A stretch of 64,000 bases of DNA. It comes from Lates japonicus (lineage: Eukaryota). Shown here piece by piece: positions 1-11,248 of the stretch. Positions within the stretch are counted from its first letter, which is position 1. Every line of letters starts with the position of its first letter. The translations under genes were made by a program, and so were the position numbers. The stretch lies in assembly GCA_033238685.1 (NCBI GenBank), contig BRZM01000010.1:3885405-3949404 (forward strand), given 5' to 3'. A model generated the notes under the pieces. It had not been told where the DNA came from. It did no database searches and worked only from the letters and a program-made list of their open reading frames with translations.

Positions 1-319
1 TGAGATCTTCTGTGTGGTAGGATTTCTCCTCATTATATTTCAGACTTTTTCACTGTGAGGATTTGTGGCACAGAGGTTCTCAGGGCGTGTTTTGGTTTGC
101 TTAAGATGCTTTGTTCGACCTATAACTGATGTTGCCTTTGGGTGGTGTCGGATATATTTCGATTACTCAACACGGTAAATACACTTGTGAAACATGGGAA
201 CATGAGACAGACAGGTATGGTGGCGCATATGAGGTGAAGAGGGAGGAACAACTGTTGCTGACAGAGACGTGGCTAAATAAATAGCATTGCATGCTCCTAT
301 TTTCAACCAATTGATATTC

Positions 320-344
320 ATATATATATATATATATATATATA
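320..344. repeat. (TA)n microsatellite
   Basis: direct. Confidence 0.9.
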
Positions 345-779
345 ATTATTATTGTTTGTATTTAAAATCACATTGCATTGCATTCTCTCTAATGCAAAGC
401 CCGTGTGTAGTTTGACCAGTCAAATATATCACCGTTTTAATAAAACCACAAACTATTTTTCCATCTTGTCTCAGCAAAAACTGCATGAAAGAAATGTATC
501 TATACTGAGTTATAATGTAAAATCTGCATAAAACATAAAAATGAAATATTTGTCATCATATTTTTGTATGTTTATTGTACAAAATATATATTTGCATTTT
601 ATTTACAGAGTATATTTTGTCTAAATGTAAAAAATGTGAATTTGAAAACATTATACATTAACCTGACATATGGGGAAGTCCCATCTTTATACTTCTGAGT
701 AAATATGTAAATAAATCCAACACAGTTTTTACTGTACATAACAACACACACACAAATCACTTCAGGAGACTTCGGAGAT

Positions 780-971
780 GGGATTTCTGAGGTTTTGAGG
801 AGCTCTTGAACGCATCATGCGTGCAGATGTTGTGTGGGTGTGGTGAAGTTTTAAAAACTCTTGGGAATATCTTATCGTTGAAGGAGTCGCCAGTGCACGC
901 CGCTAAGATTTTGTTTGTGTGGCGTAAACTGAATGTTAAATCTCTCTGAAGTGTCTTCAAACCCTCGGTAG
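780..971 (+). other. Candidate non-coding first exon (5'UTR) of the giant APOL-domain gene; donor cggtag|gtgaaag at 972
   Basis: GT donor with consensus context about 2 kb upstream of the first coding exon, which itself begins at an acceptor (tctacag|gcagg ATG). No ORF. The TSS is not determinable. Confidence 0.2.
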
Positions 972-2942
972 GTGAAAGCGCTCAGTCTGACATGAGAGAC
1001 ATTTAGTTTCTGTGTCTTCAGAGTCGTAATTATTTATAATTCACCGTCCATTTAAGTGTCGAGTGGAGTTTTGGTTTTGACTTCAGCTGGCTGCAGATTT
1101 AGGAAATGTGTATTGCTGTACTTCTCCATATGTTTCATACTGTAACTTAAAGTGGCCACTGTAACGTGTATTTCCTTCTTATAGTAACACGTCGTGACAC
1201 TTGGTTTGATCAGTTGCAGAAGTGGTTGACTGTGTTAGCTGTCATATACTCTGCACTTAAACAGTACTGAGATACTTGTACTTTAGAATCACCGTTTTTA
1301 CCTTTCACTGTACTGCATATTGTTGACTGGATTAAGACCTTGCAAGAAGAACATGGTGCACAGAGATATGATGAATTGCTAAGTGCTGTTTTGCTGCTGA
1401 TACAGGAGTACTTTGACTGCTTTACCAAACATCTGAAGGATCCAGGTTCTCAAATGTGAGGATTTGTTGTTTTTCTTTGTCTTACAACACAGTAAATTGA
1501 ATATTTTGTGATTTTGGGGTTGTTGGTCAGTCAAAACATTAACTTGTCCTCTGGGATAATTTGTTGGACTTTTTTTTTTTTTTACTGTTTCCTGATGTTT
1601 TACAAACTAAAATATTGATGGAGATGATAATTGGCTGATTAATCAATAGGGAAAATACTCATTATTAACTGGTTATTTATCTGATGTAAAAAATGTGTCT
1701 TATTGTCTGACTAATAGTCAAAAAGCCAAAGATATTCAGTGTACCACTATAGAAGACTAGGGAAATCTTCAAATTGTTTGCATTTTAAAATCTTTTTTTC
1801 TTTCTTATTATTATGTTTTTGTTTTGTTTTTTATAAAAGTAATAAGTAAGTCTATTAAATATATTCGTACCATGTCTGGGACTCAGTGGTAAACTTGGAC
1901 AAGTTTCATAATATCAGACTTTATTGTTCAGGCTGTGATATTTAACTGACAAGTTATTGTCAGACTAACAAAACCAAACAGTGAAGATAATACCTGGCTT
2001 CAATTATTTATGGGATTTTAGTGTCTTTTTTTAGCCGTCACAAGACGTATTTATCAGTGATTGATGACCTCTTATACAGAAACATGTGCTGAATACGTCA
2101 TGATTATGCAGCATTTTGTGACTTAACCAGTTCAGGAGGATATGCCTTCTTCATGGCAGGATGGCTGACTCGTCATGGGAGGAAAAGCACAGGTGAATTA
2201 CAGGTATTATTTATACCTGTGCTTCTCCCACCATGACAAGTCAAAATGTGTGCCATGAAAAAGGCCTGTTAGCTGATTTGTTCAGTGGCACTAAGTGGAT
2301 TATGGGACACACAGGGCTGCAAAAGATAAAACTGTCTTCTCAATTGACATGTTAGAAATCAGTATTTTAAAAAGCTCTTTCCACAGCAGACATTTTGGCT
2401 CTGTCATAGCATGAAACACACAGGTGTTACTAATGACATTAACGAGCATTAGCAAGAGCTCTGCTCCATGTCGGTGTCCCAGGAGACCAGCATGTACAGC
2501 ACCTGAGCTGTGCCCCTGATTCTATACTTCATACTGATTTCCATGTTGGTTTGTCTGCTTTCAAAACAAGTCAGTGTGTGCTCTAATACTGCTTTAAAAC
2601 TCCTGAGTATTACTGTGCTTTTCCTCCAAGCATGCATTTGCACAGAGGAATGGAGGAACTGCTAACAGCTGCAAAACATTAAAACAAATCACAGATGGTG
2701 GCGAGACAAGACAGAAATGTCTTGGAAGATGAAATGCATATTAAATCTTTGGGGAAAGCATTTTCTCTGTCCTGTTAGTGTGAACTGTAAAGTATATTGA
2801 TTTCTTCTTGCTGGAGGACGTCTGCTGTGGAGAACGGTGGAAGTTGGTTTCTTGTTTAAAGCAATGATGCTTGAGTCTGAAATCAGCACAGACACAGTCA
2901 AATTTAACAACTGTATCTCTCTGTATTGTTTCTACAGGCAGG

Positions 2943-2990
2943 ATGGAGGCGTGTATGGTGAAGCCAGAAGTCAAAAAGAAACCAAAGCCG
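2943..2990 (+). CDS. Giant APOL-domain gene, coding exon 1 (ATG; MEACMVKPEVKKKPKP), donor gtgaga
   Basis: ATG 5 nt after acceptor tctacag. 48 nt, ends phase 0 at a gtgaga donor. Chains in frame through all downstream exons to the APOL domain. Confidence 0.6.
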
Positions 2991-3074
2991 GTGAGAATAT
3001 TTAAAGCTAACGCAGAGAAGACTCAACTGACTGTGTACAGTATATAAACAGCTCCTATAAAATAACACGTTTTT

Positions 3075-3101
3075 CTATTCACAGCCTAAACCTCCTCCAA
3101 A
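3075..3101 (+). CDS. Giant APOL-domain gene exon 2 (PKPPPKPAE)
   Basis: acag|cct...gag|gtacag; 27 nt; phase 0-0. Confidence 0.55.
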
Positions 3102-3226
3102 GCCTGCTGAGGTACAGTAATAAACCCAAACCTTTGATTAAAGTTAATAATGTGTTTTTCTATATATGAACCTCAGGATGTTGTTGTGAGGTTACAGACT
3201 TCTGAAATCTGAAATAATCTTCACAG

Positions 3227-3295
3227 GTTAAAAGAAATGACCCAGAGAAACTGGGGAAACCTACTCCTGTGCTGCCTCAAAGACCTACAGACTCT
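3227..3295 (+). CDS. Giant APOL-domain gene exon 3 (VKRNDPEKLGKPTPVLPQRPTDS)
   Basis: cacag|gtt...tct|gtaagt; 69 nt; phase 0-0. Confidence 0.55.
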
Positions 3296-3444
3296 GTAAG
3301 TCCAGCATGAACAACCTTTACCTCTGTCAAGGAGGTTTTCTTTTCACCTGTGTCTGTTTGTTTATTTGTCAGCAGGATTACAAAAAAAAAAAAAAGTACG
3401 CGTTCTTTTAAGTCTGGGTTGTAGCGGTTTGTTTTTCTGTCCAG

Positions 3445-3501
3445 GAGCTGAGTCACACACAATACAGACTGAAAAAATCAGCAGCAACAACAAACAAAGC
3501 G
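3445..3501 (+). CDS. Giant APOL-domain gene exon 4 (ELSHTQYRLKKSAATTNKA)
   Basis: ccag|gag...gcg|gtattt; 57 nt. Confidence 0.5.
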
Positions 3502-3728
3502 GTATTTACTGCATTTTTAAAATGAAATTTTATTAAATGTCTTGGTTTTACAGAGAGACATGAAAAGTCTTAAGTTTGAGCTTGCATGTGAGAGTATATC
3601 AACATCAATATAATTATTTAAAATGTTTTATTTTGATTTTAATTGATACTCTGCATATGTTTACATGTTTTATACATTATTGTCCAAACAAAAGGAGGTG
3701 TATTATCATATTTATCCATCTGTATCAG

Positions 3729-3809
3729 GGCAACGGAAATTTACCACAAAGAGACACAAAAGAGAAGCTGCCTAAAACTCCTGTGGTTCCACCCAGACCC
3801 ACAGAAAAG
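3729..3809 (+). CDS. Giant APOL-domain gene exon 5 (GNGNLPQRDTKEKLPKTPVVPPRPTEK)
   Basis: atcag|ggc...aag|gtgcag; 81 nt; in frame with six-frame ORF 3576..3836. Confidence 0.55.
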
Positions 3810-4087
3810 GTGCAGTACACCCAAATACTCAGTTAAGTGATTATAGCCAGTGATAGAGTCAGGTTTAAATCCAAGTATTCAAGCTGTTGAATATTGTGGG
3901 AACATGTATGTTTGTTTTATGTGGAGAATGACTTTTTAATTGAAATCAAAGTGAGTCTGGAGTTTAGTGTGAGAGCAGTTTACAGTAAAGAATCACCCTG
4001 TGCTACTCGAGGTTTCATGTTTCTTTCCTGTTTCAAATATCTATTGTTATTGTTCCCTTGTGGCCTTTTCGTGTGCGTTTTGTGCAG

Positions 4088-4147
4088 GAACTGAACGCCT
4101 CGAGCAGATCCAGCCACCGCAGGAGGGCGCAGGCCGAGGACACCGAA
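4088..4147 (+). CDS. Giant APOL-domain gene exon 6 (ELNASSRSSHRRRAQAEDTE)
   Basis: tgtgcag|gaa...gaa|gtacgt; 60 nt. Confidence 0.55.
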
Positions 4148-4240
4148 GTACGTAAAAGACACACACAATGAAAATGCCATGTTCCTCCTGACTTGTTTTA
4201 TATAAAATGCAGAGTCAACGTCGTTCCTCTTCCTCCTCAG

Positions 4241-4306
4241 AGCTCCAGAGAAAATGACAAACCAGAGGATGCTGAAGGTCCCAAAGATGAAGCAGACTTC
4301 AAACAG
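4241..4306 (+). CDS. Giant APOL-domain gene exon 7 (SSRENDKPEDAEGPKDEADFKQ)
   Basis: cctcag|agc...cag|gtacca; 66 nt. Confidence 0.55.
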
Positions 4307-4401
4307 GTACCACAGCTGGAAGTACTGGCTTCCACCTCTGACCAGATTTACGAAGAGAATACATAATGTCTTCCTCTTTATTTACACGTGCTTTGTTGTA
4401 G

Positions 4402-4467
4402 AATAATCCATCGGGCCTGGGTGGAATGTTACGGCAGAGCCAAAAAGAGAAAACACCTACGTTCACT
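4402..4467 (+). CDS. Giant APOL-domain gene exon 8 (NNPSGLGGMLRQSQKEKTPTFT; degenerate basic motif)
   Basis: ttgtag|aat...act|gtaagc; 66 nt. Confidence 0.5.
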
Positions 4468-4955
4468 GTAAGCAACACACCTGCAGCTCTCCTCCACTTT
4501 AGCCTAACATGCCAAACTAGCACTTACTGTGCACTTCTTTACCTGATCTCCTTGCACTGAACTGATTTAGAGCTTACTTCACGGTCTCCCACTGCACTGA
4601 AGCGTCTGCCAAACGAGTTAATGTGAATGTCAAAACTGACAGTGCCTCAGCTAAACAGGTTTCTGGAGGCAAACAGGTGTGTGCGGGTGTGTACACATGT
4701 CAAACCTTAGTGTGTATTCAGACATACAATAGGTGTGTGTCTGCATGTTCATGATTCAGTGTTGATGTAATTTGTTCAGTGAATACACAGAGTCTCATAA
4801 TTAAATAGAAGAAAAAAGACACATTAAATAAACACAAAGATAGAAACATATACACAATGTTTTAGACACATGTATAGAGAAGAGCAGAATTAGATTTTTA
4901 CTTTATGCTTTGAAACATCAGTTGTTTAGTCAGTGTTTCCCTGATTTCTTCTCAG

Positions 4956-5033
4956 AGTTATGTGTTTGACGACGGTGACGAACAGGAAAAGCCTGGTGAT
5001 GTCCCAGCCAAACAGGCTCCTGGCAGCAAACCG
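4956..5033 (+). CDS. Giant APOL-domain gene exon 9 (SYVFDDGDEQEKPGDVPAKQAPGSKP)
   Basis: tctcag|agt...ccg|gtgggt; 78 nt. Confidence 0.5.
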
Positions 5034-5112
5034 GTGGGTGTTTCTTTGTATGGTTGCTGTTGTGTGTGCTGACGTTATCAGCCTGTTTTTGACATGTGAC
5101 TGCGGTTGACAG

Positions 5113-5163
5113 GGCGTTCTGAAGGGAATGATGAAAGGTTTGCAATTCAAGTCGTCACCAAAG
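5113..5163 (+). CDS. Giant APOL-domain gene exon 10 (GVLKGMMKGLQFKSSPK; basic-hydrophobic motif)
   Basis: gacag|ggc...aag|gtacga; 51 nt. Confidence 0.5.
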
Positions 5164-5729
5164 GTACGAGGCACCGTCCGGTTTGGTGTTTTCCACTGGT
5201 GGTGGCTGCAGAGTTTCACACTGTCTCCCTGTCCAGTTTAACTTAGACTACACTTGTTGTGGTGATGGTGGTGGTGGTGGTGTCTGTACTGAAACTGCAT
5301 TGTTCTGATTTTAACAGTATTCATATGTATTATCTTTGGTTTAAAAAGACACATTTTGATAAAAGATGCCCAGACTGCCTGGATGGGTCTGCCGTCACTT
5401 CCTGTTATCTCTCTGTTGTCGACAGACTGATAAAGGCATATGTTGCCTATGAAAAAAAAAAGAAAATGTAGAAAAGATTATCTCACTGTCAGTTTGTAAA
5501 ACCTACAACTTTCACAACTTGACGAAGTGGCACAGTGCAGTGTGGTTCACGTGCTGCATCCTTAGGTAATCATGCCTCAAAATCCTGTCTGGTTTTCACA
5601 AAACTGTGTTTTGTTTGGGTTTTTTTTTTTTTTTTGGTTATTTTTTACATCTTGTCGGTTAGAATTTTTTCAATTTAAAGAATTCACATTTATGACTGTT
5701 GTGCTGAAGATTGTTGACTCTTCTCTCAG

Positions 5730-5834
5730 ACCAGCAGAGATCCGAGTCCAGTTCCCAGCACAGAGGAAGGAGTCTCAGATAAGGAACAACCAGCAGAGAA
5801 AAACAAGCAAGAGAAAAATACAGAACCCAAACAG
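5730..5834 (+). CDS. Giant APOL-domain gene exon 11 (TSRDPSPVPSTEEGVSDKEQPAEKNKQEKNTEPKQ)
   Basis: tctctcag|acc...cag|gtaaga; 105 nt. Two frames are open; phase 0 was chosen from the chain. Confidence 0.45.
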
Positions 5835-6120
5835 GTAAGAGATAAGTAACCACATTAAAATGCTAAACTGTGACTGCTCGTGTGAATACGCCAGTTCTGC
5901 TTCTGCTTTTCCAAACAAACAGAATCATTATTGAATCACTGTTTTAGTGTTTAACTGACATAACAACAAAATGGAATTTCATTCTTTTGAAAATCAGGTT
6001 ACATATTCTGTATGCAAATAGAATTGTTCAAAGTTCTCTATTTTTATAAAAGGAAGACTTAAAAGCAGATTGTTTTTTGGGTGGATCAACCTTAGATTTT
6101 TTTCCAACTTGTCTCTTCAG

Positions 6121-6189
6121 GATATAGGAGGTCTGTTCGCTGGGATGTTCCGGAAAACACCCAAAGAGAGATTGTCTCCTCAACTGACG
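6121..6189 (+). CDS. Giant APOL-domain gene exon 12, B-type (DIGGLFAGMFRKTPKERLSPQLT)
   Basis: cttcag|gat...acg|gtaaca; 69 nt. Confidence 0.6.
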
Positions 6190-6294
6190 GTAACATCAAT
6201 AACTCTTTTTTTTTTTTTTCTTTTTAAAAACTGAATTTCCAGTTTTTATCTTTGATCTTACAACCTATGCACTCATTGTTGTGTTCCCTCCCAG

Positions 6295-6360
6295 GTCAGC
6301 AGAGCAGACAGTGATGCTGAAGATGCTGAGGAAGAGGAGAAAACATCTGAACAGTCCCAC
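6295..6360 (+). CDS. Giant APOL-domain gene exon 13, acidic (VSRADSDAEDAEEEEKTSEQSH)
   Basis: cccag|gtc...cac|gtaagt; 66 nt. Confidence 0.6.
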
Positions 6361-6660
6361 GTAAGTCTTAGTGGCATCAGCAAGCAAGTAAACTTGACAT
6401 AAATATACCATTATACAAACAGAATCCACACAGTAAAAGAACTTTAGAGTTTATTTCAGTGTAAGATTAAAGAGTAAAATAGCTGCCAAGAATTTGCTTT
6501 TTGTGTTTGAAAAGCTCAATTTTTTATGTAAAATTAGTATTGGCTTGAAGGATATGCAACAAATATGTAAAAAGATCCACATATTTAATTCTGTGTTTAA
6601 TTGTTATTTTCAAAGAGTTTGAACTGTACTGTACTTCAAAAACACATTTCTTTTCTACAG

Positions 6661-6729
6661 GAAAAAGGAGGCTTCTTCTCTGGTGTCCTTAAAAAATCCA
6701 GCAAACCAGCAGATGAAACACCTGCACAG
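6661..6729 (+). CDS. Giant APOL-domain gene exon 14, B-type (EKGGFFSGVLKKSSKPADETPAQ)
   Basis: ctacag|gaa...cag|gtgagc; 69 nt. Confidence 0.65.
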
Positions 6730-6754
6730 GTGAGCTGGCAAAAATGATTTTCTG

Positions 6755-6895
6755 CAGCCAGAAGGCAGTTAGCTTACCTCAGCATAGAGACTGAAAACAA
6801 GGAGAAACAGCTAACCTGGCTATAGCTTTGGATAGAGCAGGGGATTTTGATATATTTTACTGTCATCTGGTAAAGCTTTTGTCATTTGTTTTCCA
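6755..6895. repeat. Dispersed fish interspersed repeat, copy A (in an intron of the giant gene)
   Basis: gcagttagcttacctcagcatagagactgaaaacaaggagaaacagctaacctggctatagctttggatagagcagg is about 75% identical to copy B at 46390-46600. Confidence 0.5.
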
Positions 6896-6925
6896 CTTTT
6901 CCAACATATTACCTTGATACTTCAG

Positions 6926-6991
6926 GAGAATCTGAGTGCCTGCAGCAAGCTGTCGGCCAGCAGTGACAGTCTGTCTGAGAACAGCAAAAAG
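6926..6991 (+). CDS. Giant APOL-domain gene exon 15, A-type (ENLSACSKLSASSDSLSENSKK)
   Basis: cttcag|gag...aag|gtgagc; 66 nt. Confidence 0.65.
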
Positions 6992-7175
6992 GTGAGCAGC
7001 TTTCAGTCACAGTATCTGCTATGAGAGCAGCAGAGATAACCTTATCTTTAATCACAGTGTACACACAGACTTAAAGTAGATTTTCCTGCAACAAAAGTAC
7101 GTCATTGACCTGTCTTTGATCCGAATAAAAATCCCATAACTGACCATGTGTGCACCATTTTTCTGTCTGTGTTAG

Positions 7176-7247
7176 GAAAAAGGAGGAATATTCAGTGGGA
7201 TGTTCAGGAAGTCTCCAAAACCAACAGATGCTCCTCAGACTGACGAG
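7176..7247 (+). CDS. Giant APOL-domain gene exon 16, B-type (EKGGIFSGMFRKSPKPTDAPQTDE)
   Basis: gttag|gaa...gag|gtgacg; 72 nt. Confidence 0.65.
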
Positions 7248-7410
7248 GTGACGTAGATGGAAAACAGCTGTAACATGCCAGTCAATGTGCTATGACACAA
7301 GATGGCAGATCTATTGTGCAACTCCTCAAACGAAGCCAACAAGGTCATATCATTAGTTTAATCCTGCAGCCTGATAATCACATTGAACTCGTTCACATTT
7401 TGTGTTTCAG

Positions 7411-7473
7411 GACCAACAGTCTCTGCATGATGATCTGTCAGGCAGTAATGATAATCTGTCTGAAAATTCAAAG
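7411..7473 (+). CDS. Giant APOL-domain gene exon 17, A-type (DQQSLHDDLSGSNDNLSENSK)
   Basis: tgtttcag|gac...aag|gtgagc; 63 nt. Confidence 0.65.
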
Positions 7474-7586
7474 GTGAGCTCAGACGTATTCAGCTATGAA
7501 ATGACAGGATTATGATGCAGTGTTACCATTATTGCCGTTACGTAACAGCAGCTGATGGTGTGAATTAATTGTTCTGACATCACCAG

Positions 7587-7649
7587 GAAAAGGGAGGATT
7601 TTTCGGCGTGATTCTCAGAAAATCTCCAAAGATTCCTGAAGAGGGGCAG
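7587..7649 (+). CDS. Giant APOL-domain gene exon 18, B-type (EKGGFFGVILRKSPKIPEEGQ)
   Basis: caccag|gaa...cag|gtaatg; 63 nt. Confidence 0.65.
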
Positions 7650-8145
7650 GTAATGTGTGAGCAAGTGAAATTTTAACATAGCTAAGATTCTCCTCCACAG
7701 ATTTTAGAAACACTAATAGTCACCAGAAATGTGTGATAGTGGTAGTCTGCTCAAACTTCCTTGTTAACTGGAATAAACTATGGTTCAACATATTAAAGAG
7801 CAGATAAACGCATTTAAGTGGAGTTCAGAGTGTGAATATGTTGGAGAGTAAATTAAAGGATTAGAATGAACAAAGTCAAGATTACAATGACCAAGTGATA
7901 AATGGTGAAACTAAAAGTCAATAGGTTTTGCTGCCAGAAAAGCCAGTTTGTCTGTTAAAGTGTCTTTTTGAACAATAAACTGAAACCCTGTCTGGTCACC
8001 TAATGTTTGCTTTTCTGTTTAAAAAGGTGAATTCTGAATCCTAAAAGAAACTTGGACAGATGAGGCATTTTGACACTTTGCTTTTCTGACATTTTACCAA
8101 GAGCTTAAAATAGGACACATCAATATTGGTCACCTCAGACACTTT

Positions 8146-8170
8146 TATTATTATTATTATTATTATTATT
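8146..8170. repeat. (TTA)n microsatellite
   Basis: direct. Confidence 0.9.
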
Positions 8171-8480
8171 AGTTGCTGTTACACACAGGACTTTTAATCT
8201 CAGATGCTCTTTGGTCCAAAATGTATAAAATTCTGTTAATTTGTTGACAAAATTAGTAATTTTTATGATAGTATTGCATCTTGACACTTTTATTATCTTT
8301 GTATCATGTTTGTTCGTATTATGTTCCTAAATTACCAATAAGCTGCTTGTAAATGTAGGTTCTGCAGTGATGAGGTTTTTGCCTCTACCTGTTTGTTTCT
8401 GTAGGTGGTTTCATGTCTGCATGTAAGCGGCATGAGTGTTCATGTTCAGACAGGTCGAGTCACATTTTTGTTGTGTTCAG

Positions 8481-8540
8481 GTCTCAGAGTCGTTGCACGG
8501 TGAATTCTCTGCCAGCACTGACTGCCTAATGGAGAACAAG
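8481..8540 (+). CDS. Giant APOL-domain gene exon 19, A-type (VSESLHGEFSASTDCLMENK)
   Basis: tgttcag|gtc...aag|gtttgt; 60 nt. Confidence 0.6.
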
Positions 8541-8720
8541 GTTTGTTTTCATGACAGATTTGACAGTCCCCCCCCCCGCACACCCACTGAAACTGCATGA
8601 GTCACCATGATGAGCATGGAAACATGAGTTAATGTGCCTGTAGCTCTGTAGGAGGAAGATAAGGTTCCTAAGACCTGTTTTAATTTAGGAAATTTAATAT
8701 GTTTTCTCTTCTCCCTGTAG

Positions 8721-8777
8721 GAGAAAGGTGGTTTGTTCAGTGGACTCCTCAGAAAGACGCCCAAAACAACTGGAGAG
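8721..8777 (+). CDS. Giant APOL-domain gene exon 20, B-type (EKGGLFSGLLRKTPKTTGE)
   Basis: ccctgtag|gag...gag|gtacag; 57 nt. Confidence 0.65.
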
Positions 8778-9992
8778 GTACAGCTTCTCAAACAGTGTAG
8801 CGTAGTTTCCATGGAGACACTCTGAGCAGACCCATAAACACTGTCTAATCTTTAAAATGAAAAAAACTGTTGCTTTATTGTGCTCAAGACACTGGGTGTG
8901 CTCCATGAACCCAACTGGCAAAATGCTCTGTGTTTGTGCTGGATGGGTGTGGTTTTCCCTCCACATGCCATGAGACCCAGCAGACTTTAAAGGTGCTATA
9001 TGTATGTTTTTGCTCTCGCTGTATAACCAACATTATCATTAACAGCTGTTTACTTACCAGTCTAAAGGAAATGTTACAAGTTCAGCATCAAACTTCATTC
9101 CTTTACTTGCTAAGAGCTGTGTCCATCAGTGGAAAGTAACAGCAATATTAACTCTTGTTTTGCCTCAATTTCTATCACTTATTTTAGCATGCTAACCAGT
9201 TAGCTCCTGCCCATCTTGTCTCATAATACCACTTGTGAGTCACTGTAGCGTCCAGTCTGCCTTTAGTCCAACATGACGAGATGAAGTTGCGCTATCATGT
9301 CATCTATCACATGATCATAGATATCATATATGCAAAACACTACAGTCATCTTTTTTTTCCAAATACTGTTTACAAAATATCATTGTCCTTAGTGGTGCTG
9401 GATTACCAACCAGGCAAAGCAGGCAACTGCCCAGGGGCCCCAGAAGCTCCGAGCTGAGCATACATGGTCTTTTGTTGTGGAGATCATGGCAGCACATGAG
9501 GCAGTTCAAGTGCCTGTTGTTTATACTTGTTCCAAAAGTTCAAAATAGATTTTTAAAAATGAAAAACCACATGTTACCAACAGGATTGTCCCGACTAATG
9601 AAATCCTTTTACACACAGTTTGTCATGACTGAATCCTAATTAAAATGATCCTGTTGTGTCTGACAAGCTATAAAAAGATGCAATCAAAGATTACCGCAGC
9701 ATCTTTATTACCTGCTGCTGTTTTATTATCAGCTCATAGAGACTCAGAATCATACCTACCATGTTACGTGCCAACTGGTTTCCCTGTCCTTCCCATGAGT
9801 ATGACTAAATGGAGCACAGCCAGTGTGACACATGTTCCTCATATGTCCACCAATGTTTTCAAATGCTGCACCCAGGAAGAGGAGAAAATAAATCATGACA
9901 GACAAATATTTAAGCACATTTCCTTTTCATTTATCCCCTTCTACCATTTCCTGTTGGATTGTTTTTCCTGACAGTTTTGATTGTTGTTTCAG

Positions 9993-10064
9993 GAGAATCT
10001 GTCAGCACAGAAAAAAGATCTTTCAGCCAGTAATGACAGTCTGTCTGAGGCCGCCAACACCAAG
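9993..10064 (+). CDS. Giant APOL-domain gene exon 21, A-type (ENLSAQKKDLSASNDSLSEAANTK)
   Basis: tgtttcag|gag...aag|gtcagt; 72 nt; frame confirmed against ORF 9981..10247. Confidence 0.65.
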
Positions 10065-10425
10065 GTCAGTTTGGTCATAAGAATGCTCTCTAGAGTCTCA
10101 TTTTTAAAAGATCAACATCAATCATTATCAAATCAAATACATGAATATTCCCCGGGAGCTAACAATGAAACAATGCAGCTCAAAGAGTCAATCCTTTGGG
10201 GAATCATGTTTATTGCTTATAAAAGTTGGACTTATGACTGGAGTTGAAATGCGTAGTCACAGAAATTTATTCTGCAACTACTATTAAAGTAATAGTTTAA
10301 GTTCTATTTCAAGCAAAAAGGCCAAAAATTTCTCTGTTATCTGTCTCTGTTTCTGTTGTATTTTGTTTGGAAGAAGTAATGTGTATATATAGAATTTTGA
10401 AAAACCTGTGTACCTGACATTTCAG

Positions 10426-10497
10426 GAGAAGGGAGGTGCGTTCAGTGGAATGTTCAAGAAGTCGTCCAAACTTGCAGATGGTCCTCCCACTGAGGAG
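10426..10497 (+). CDS. Giant APOL-domain gene exon 22, B-type (EKGGAFSGMFKKSSKLADGPPTEE)
   Basis: tttcag|gag...gag|gtaaga; 72 nt. Confidence 0.65.
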
Positions 10498-10564
10498 GTA
10501 AGAAGTGTCTCCTCTGTTTTCTGGTTCTGTCCAGTCACTCAGTAGTGTTGTTGAAAGCTGCATG

Positions 10565-10700
10565 TCGGCAAAACATCAGGGTAGACTTGTGACTAGAAGG
10601 TTGCCGGTTTGAATCCCAGGGCCAACATAAAAAACATCATGTAAATAAATGCAAGGAACCCTGAGGAAAGTTCCAGGCTAGAATCCAACCAGAGACAGTG
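10565..10700. mobile_element. tRNA-derived SINE-like fragment (ggtagacttgtgactagaaggttgccggtttgaatcccagggcc)
   Basis: B-box-like GGTT..G(A/T)TCC motif in the context typical of fish tRNA-derived SINEs; lies within an intron. Confidence 0.35.
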
Positions 10701-11005
10701 TAGTTATGTGGTATGCATCTCAACTGCTTGTCTGGTGAATGCCTGAAAAACAGGATTTGCTATGTGAATAAATATCTCTGCTCTTTTCCCTATGAAATGT
10801 TGTTTTATAAAAGCTGTTAGATGTTAGTGGATGTGGCTCATATTTAAAACTTGGCCAAACTTTTATTATAAAACACTGTGGGAAATGCTGGGAGTAAATA
10901 CAGTTCATATCCTGAGTATTTAACAGTGAGATGCCCTGAAGCTGAGGTGAATGTAAAAAGACCTCTAATGTGAAACAGGTTCTAATTAACTTTTTCTTTT
11001 TTCAG

Positions 11006-11071
11006 GAAAAACAGATGCAAGACGATGAGCGGCCAGGCAGCAGTGAAGGTCTGTCTGAAAACAACACCAAG
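11006..11071 (+). CDS. Giant APOL-domain gene exon 23, A-type (EKQMQDDERPGSSEGLSENNTK)
   Basis: ttttcag|gaa...aag|gtgaga; 66 nt. Confidence 0.65.
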
Positions 11072-11148
11072 GTGAGATTTTTTAATAGCATCATTTGAAA
11101 ACAATCCTGTTTAACTTCTATTTCTTTAAGAGACAGTGCTCATGTTTC

Positions 11149-11174
11149 GTGTGTGTCTGTGTGTGTGTGTGTGT
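11149..11174. repeat. (TG)13 directly abutting the 3' splice site of exon 24 of the giant gene
   Basis: gtgtgtgtgtgtgtgtgtgtgtgtttcag|gaaaaagg. Confidence 0.9.
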
Positions 11175-11179
11175 TTCAG

Positions 11180-11248
11180 GAAAAAGGACTATTTAGTGGA
11201 ATATTCAAAAAGTCGCACAAACCGGCAGAAGCTGCTCAACCTGAGGAG
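11180..11248 (+). CDS. Giant APOL-domain gene exon 24, B-type (EKGLFSGIFKKSHKPAEAAQPEE); acceptor directly preceded by (TG)13
   Basis: gtgtgtgtgtttcag|gaa...gag|gtaact; 69 nt. Confidence 0.65.

Noticed and set aside
5572-5838. Alternative open frame across exon 11 (..SLRPAEIRVQFPAQRKESQIRNNQQRK..)
   Set aside because: Both frames are open. Phase 0 is required to keep the chain of symmetric exons and the EKGG/LSASxDSLSEN motifs in frame on both sides.
9645-9971. 108-aa + ORF
   Set aside because: Lies in the intron between exons 20 and 21 of the giant gene. It has no splice-compatible boundaries and no recognisable protein.
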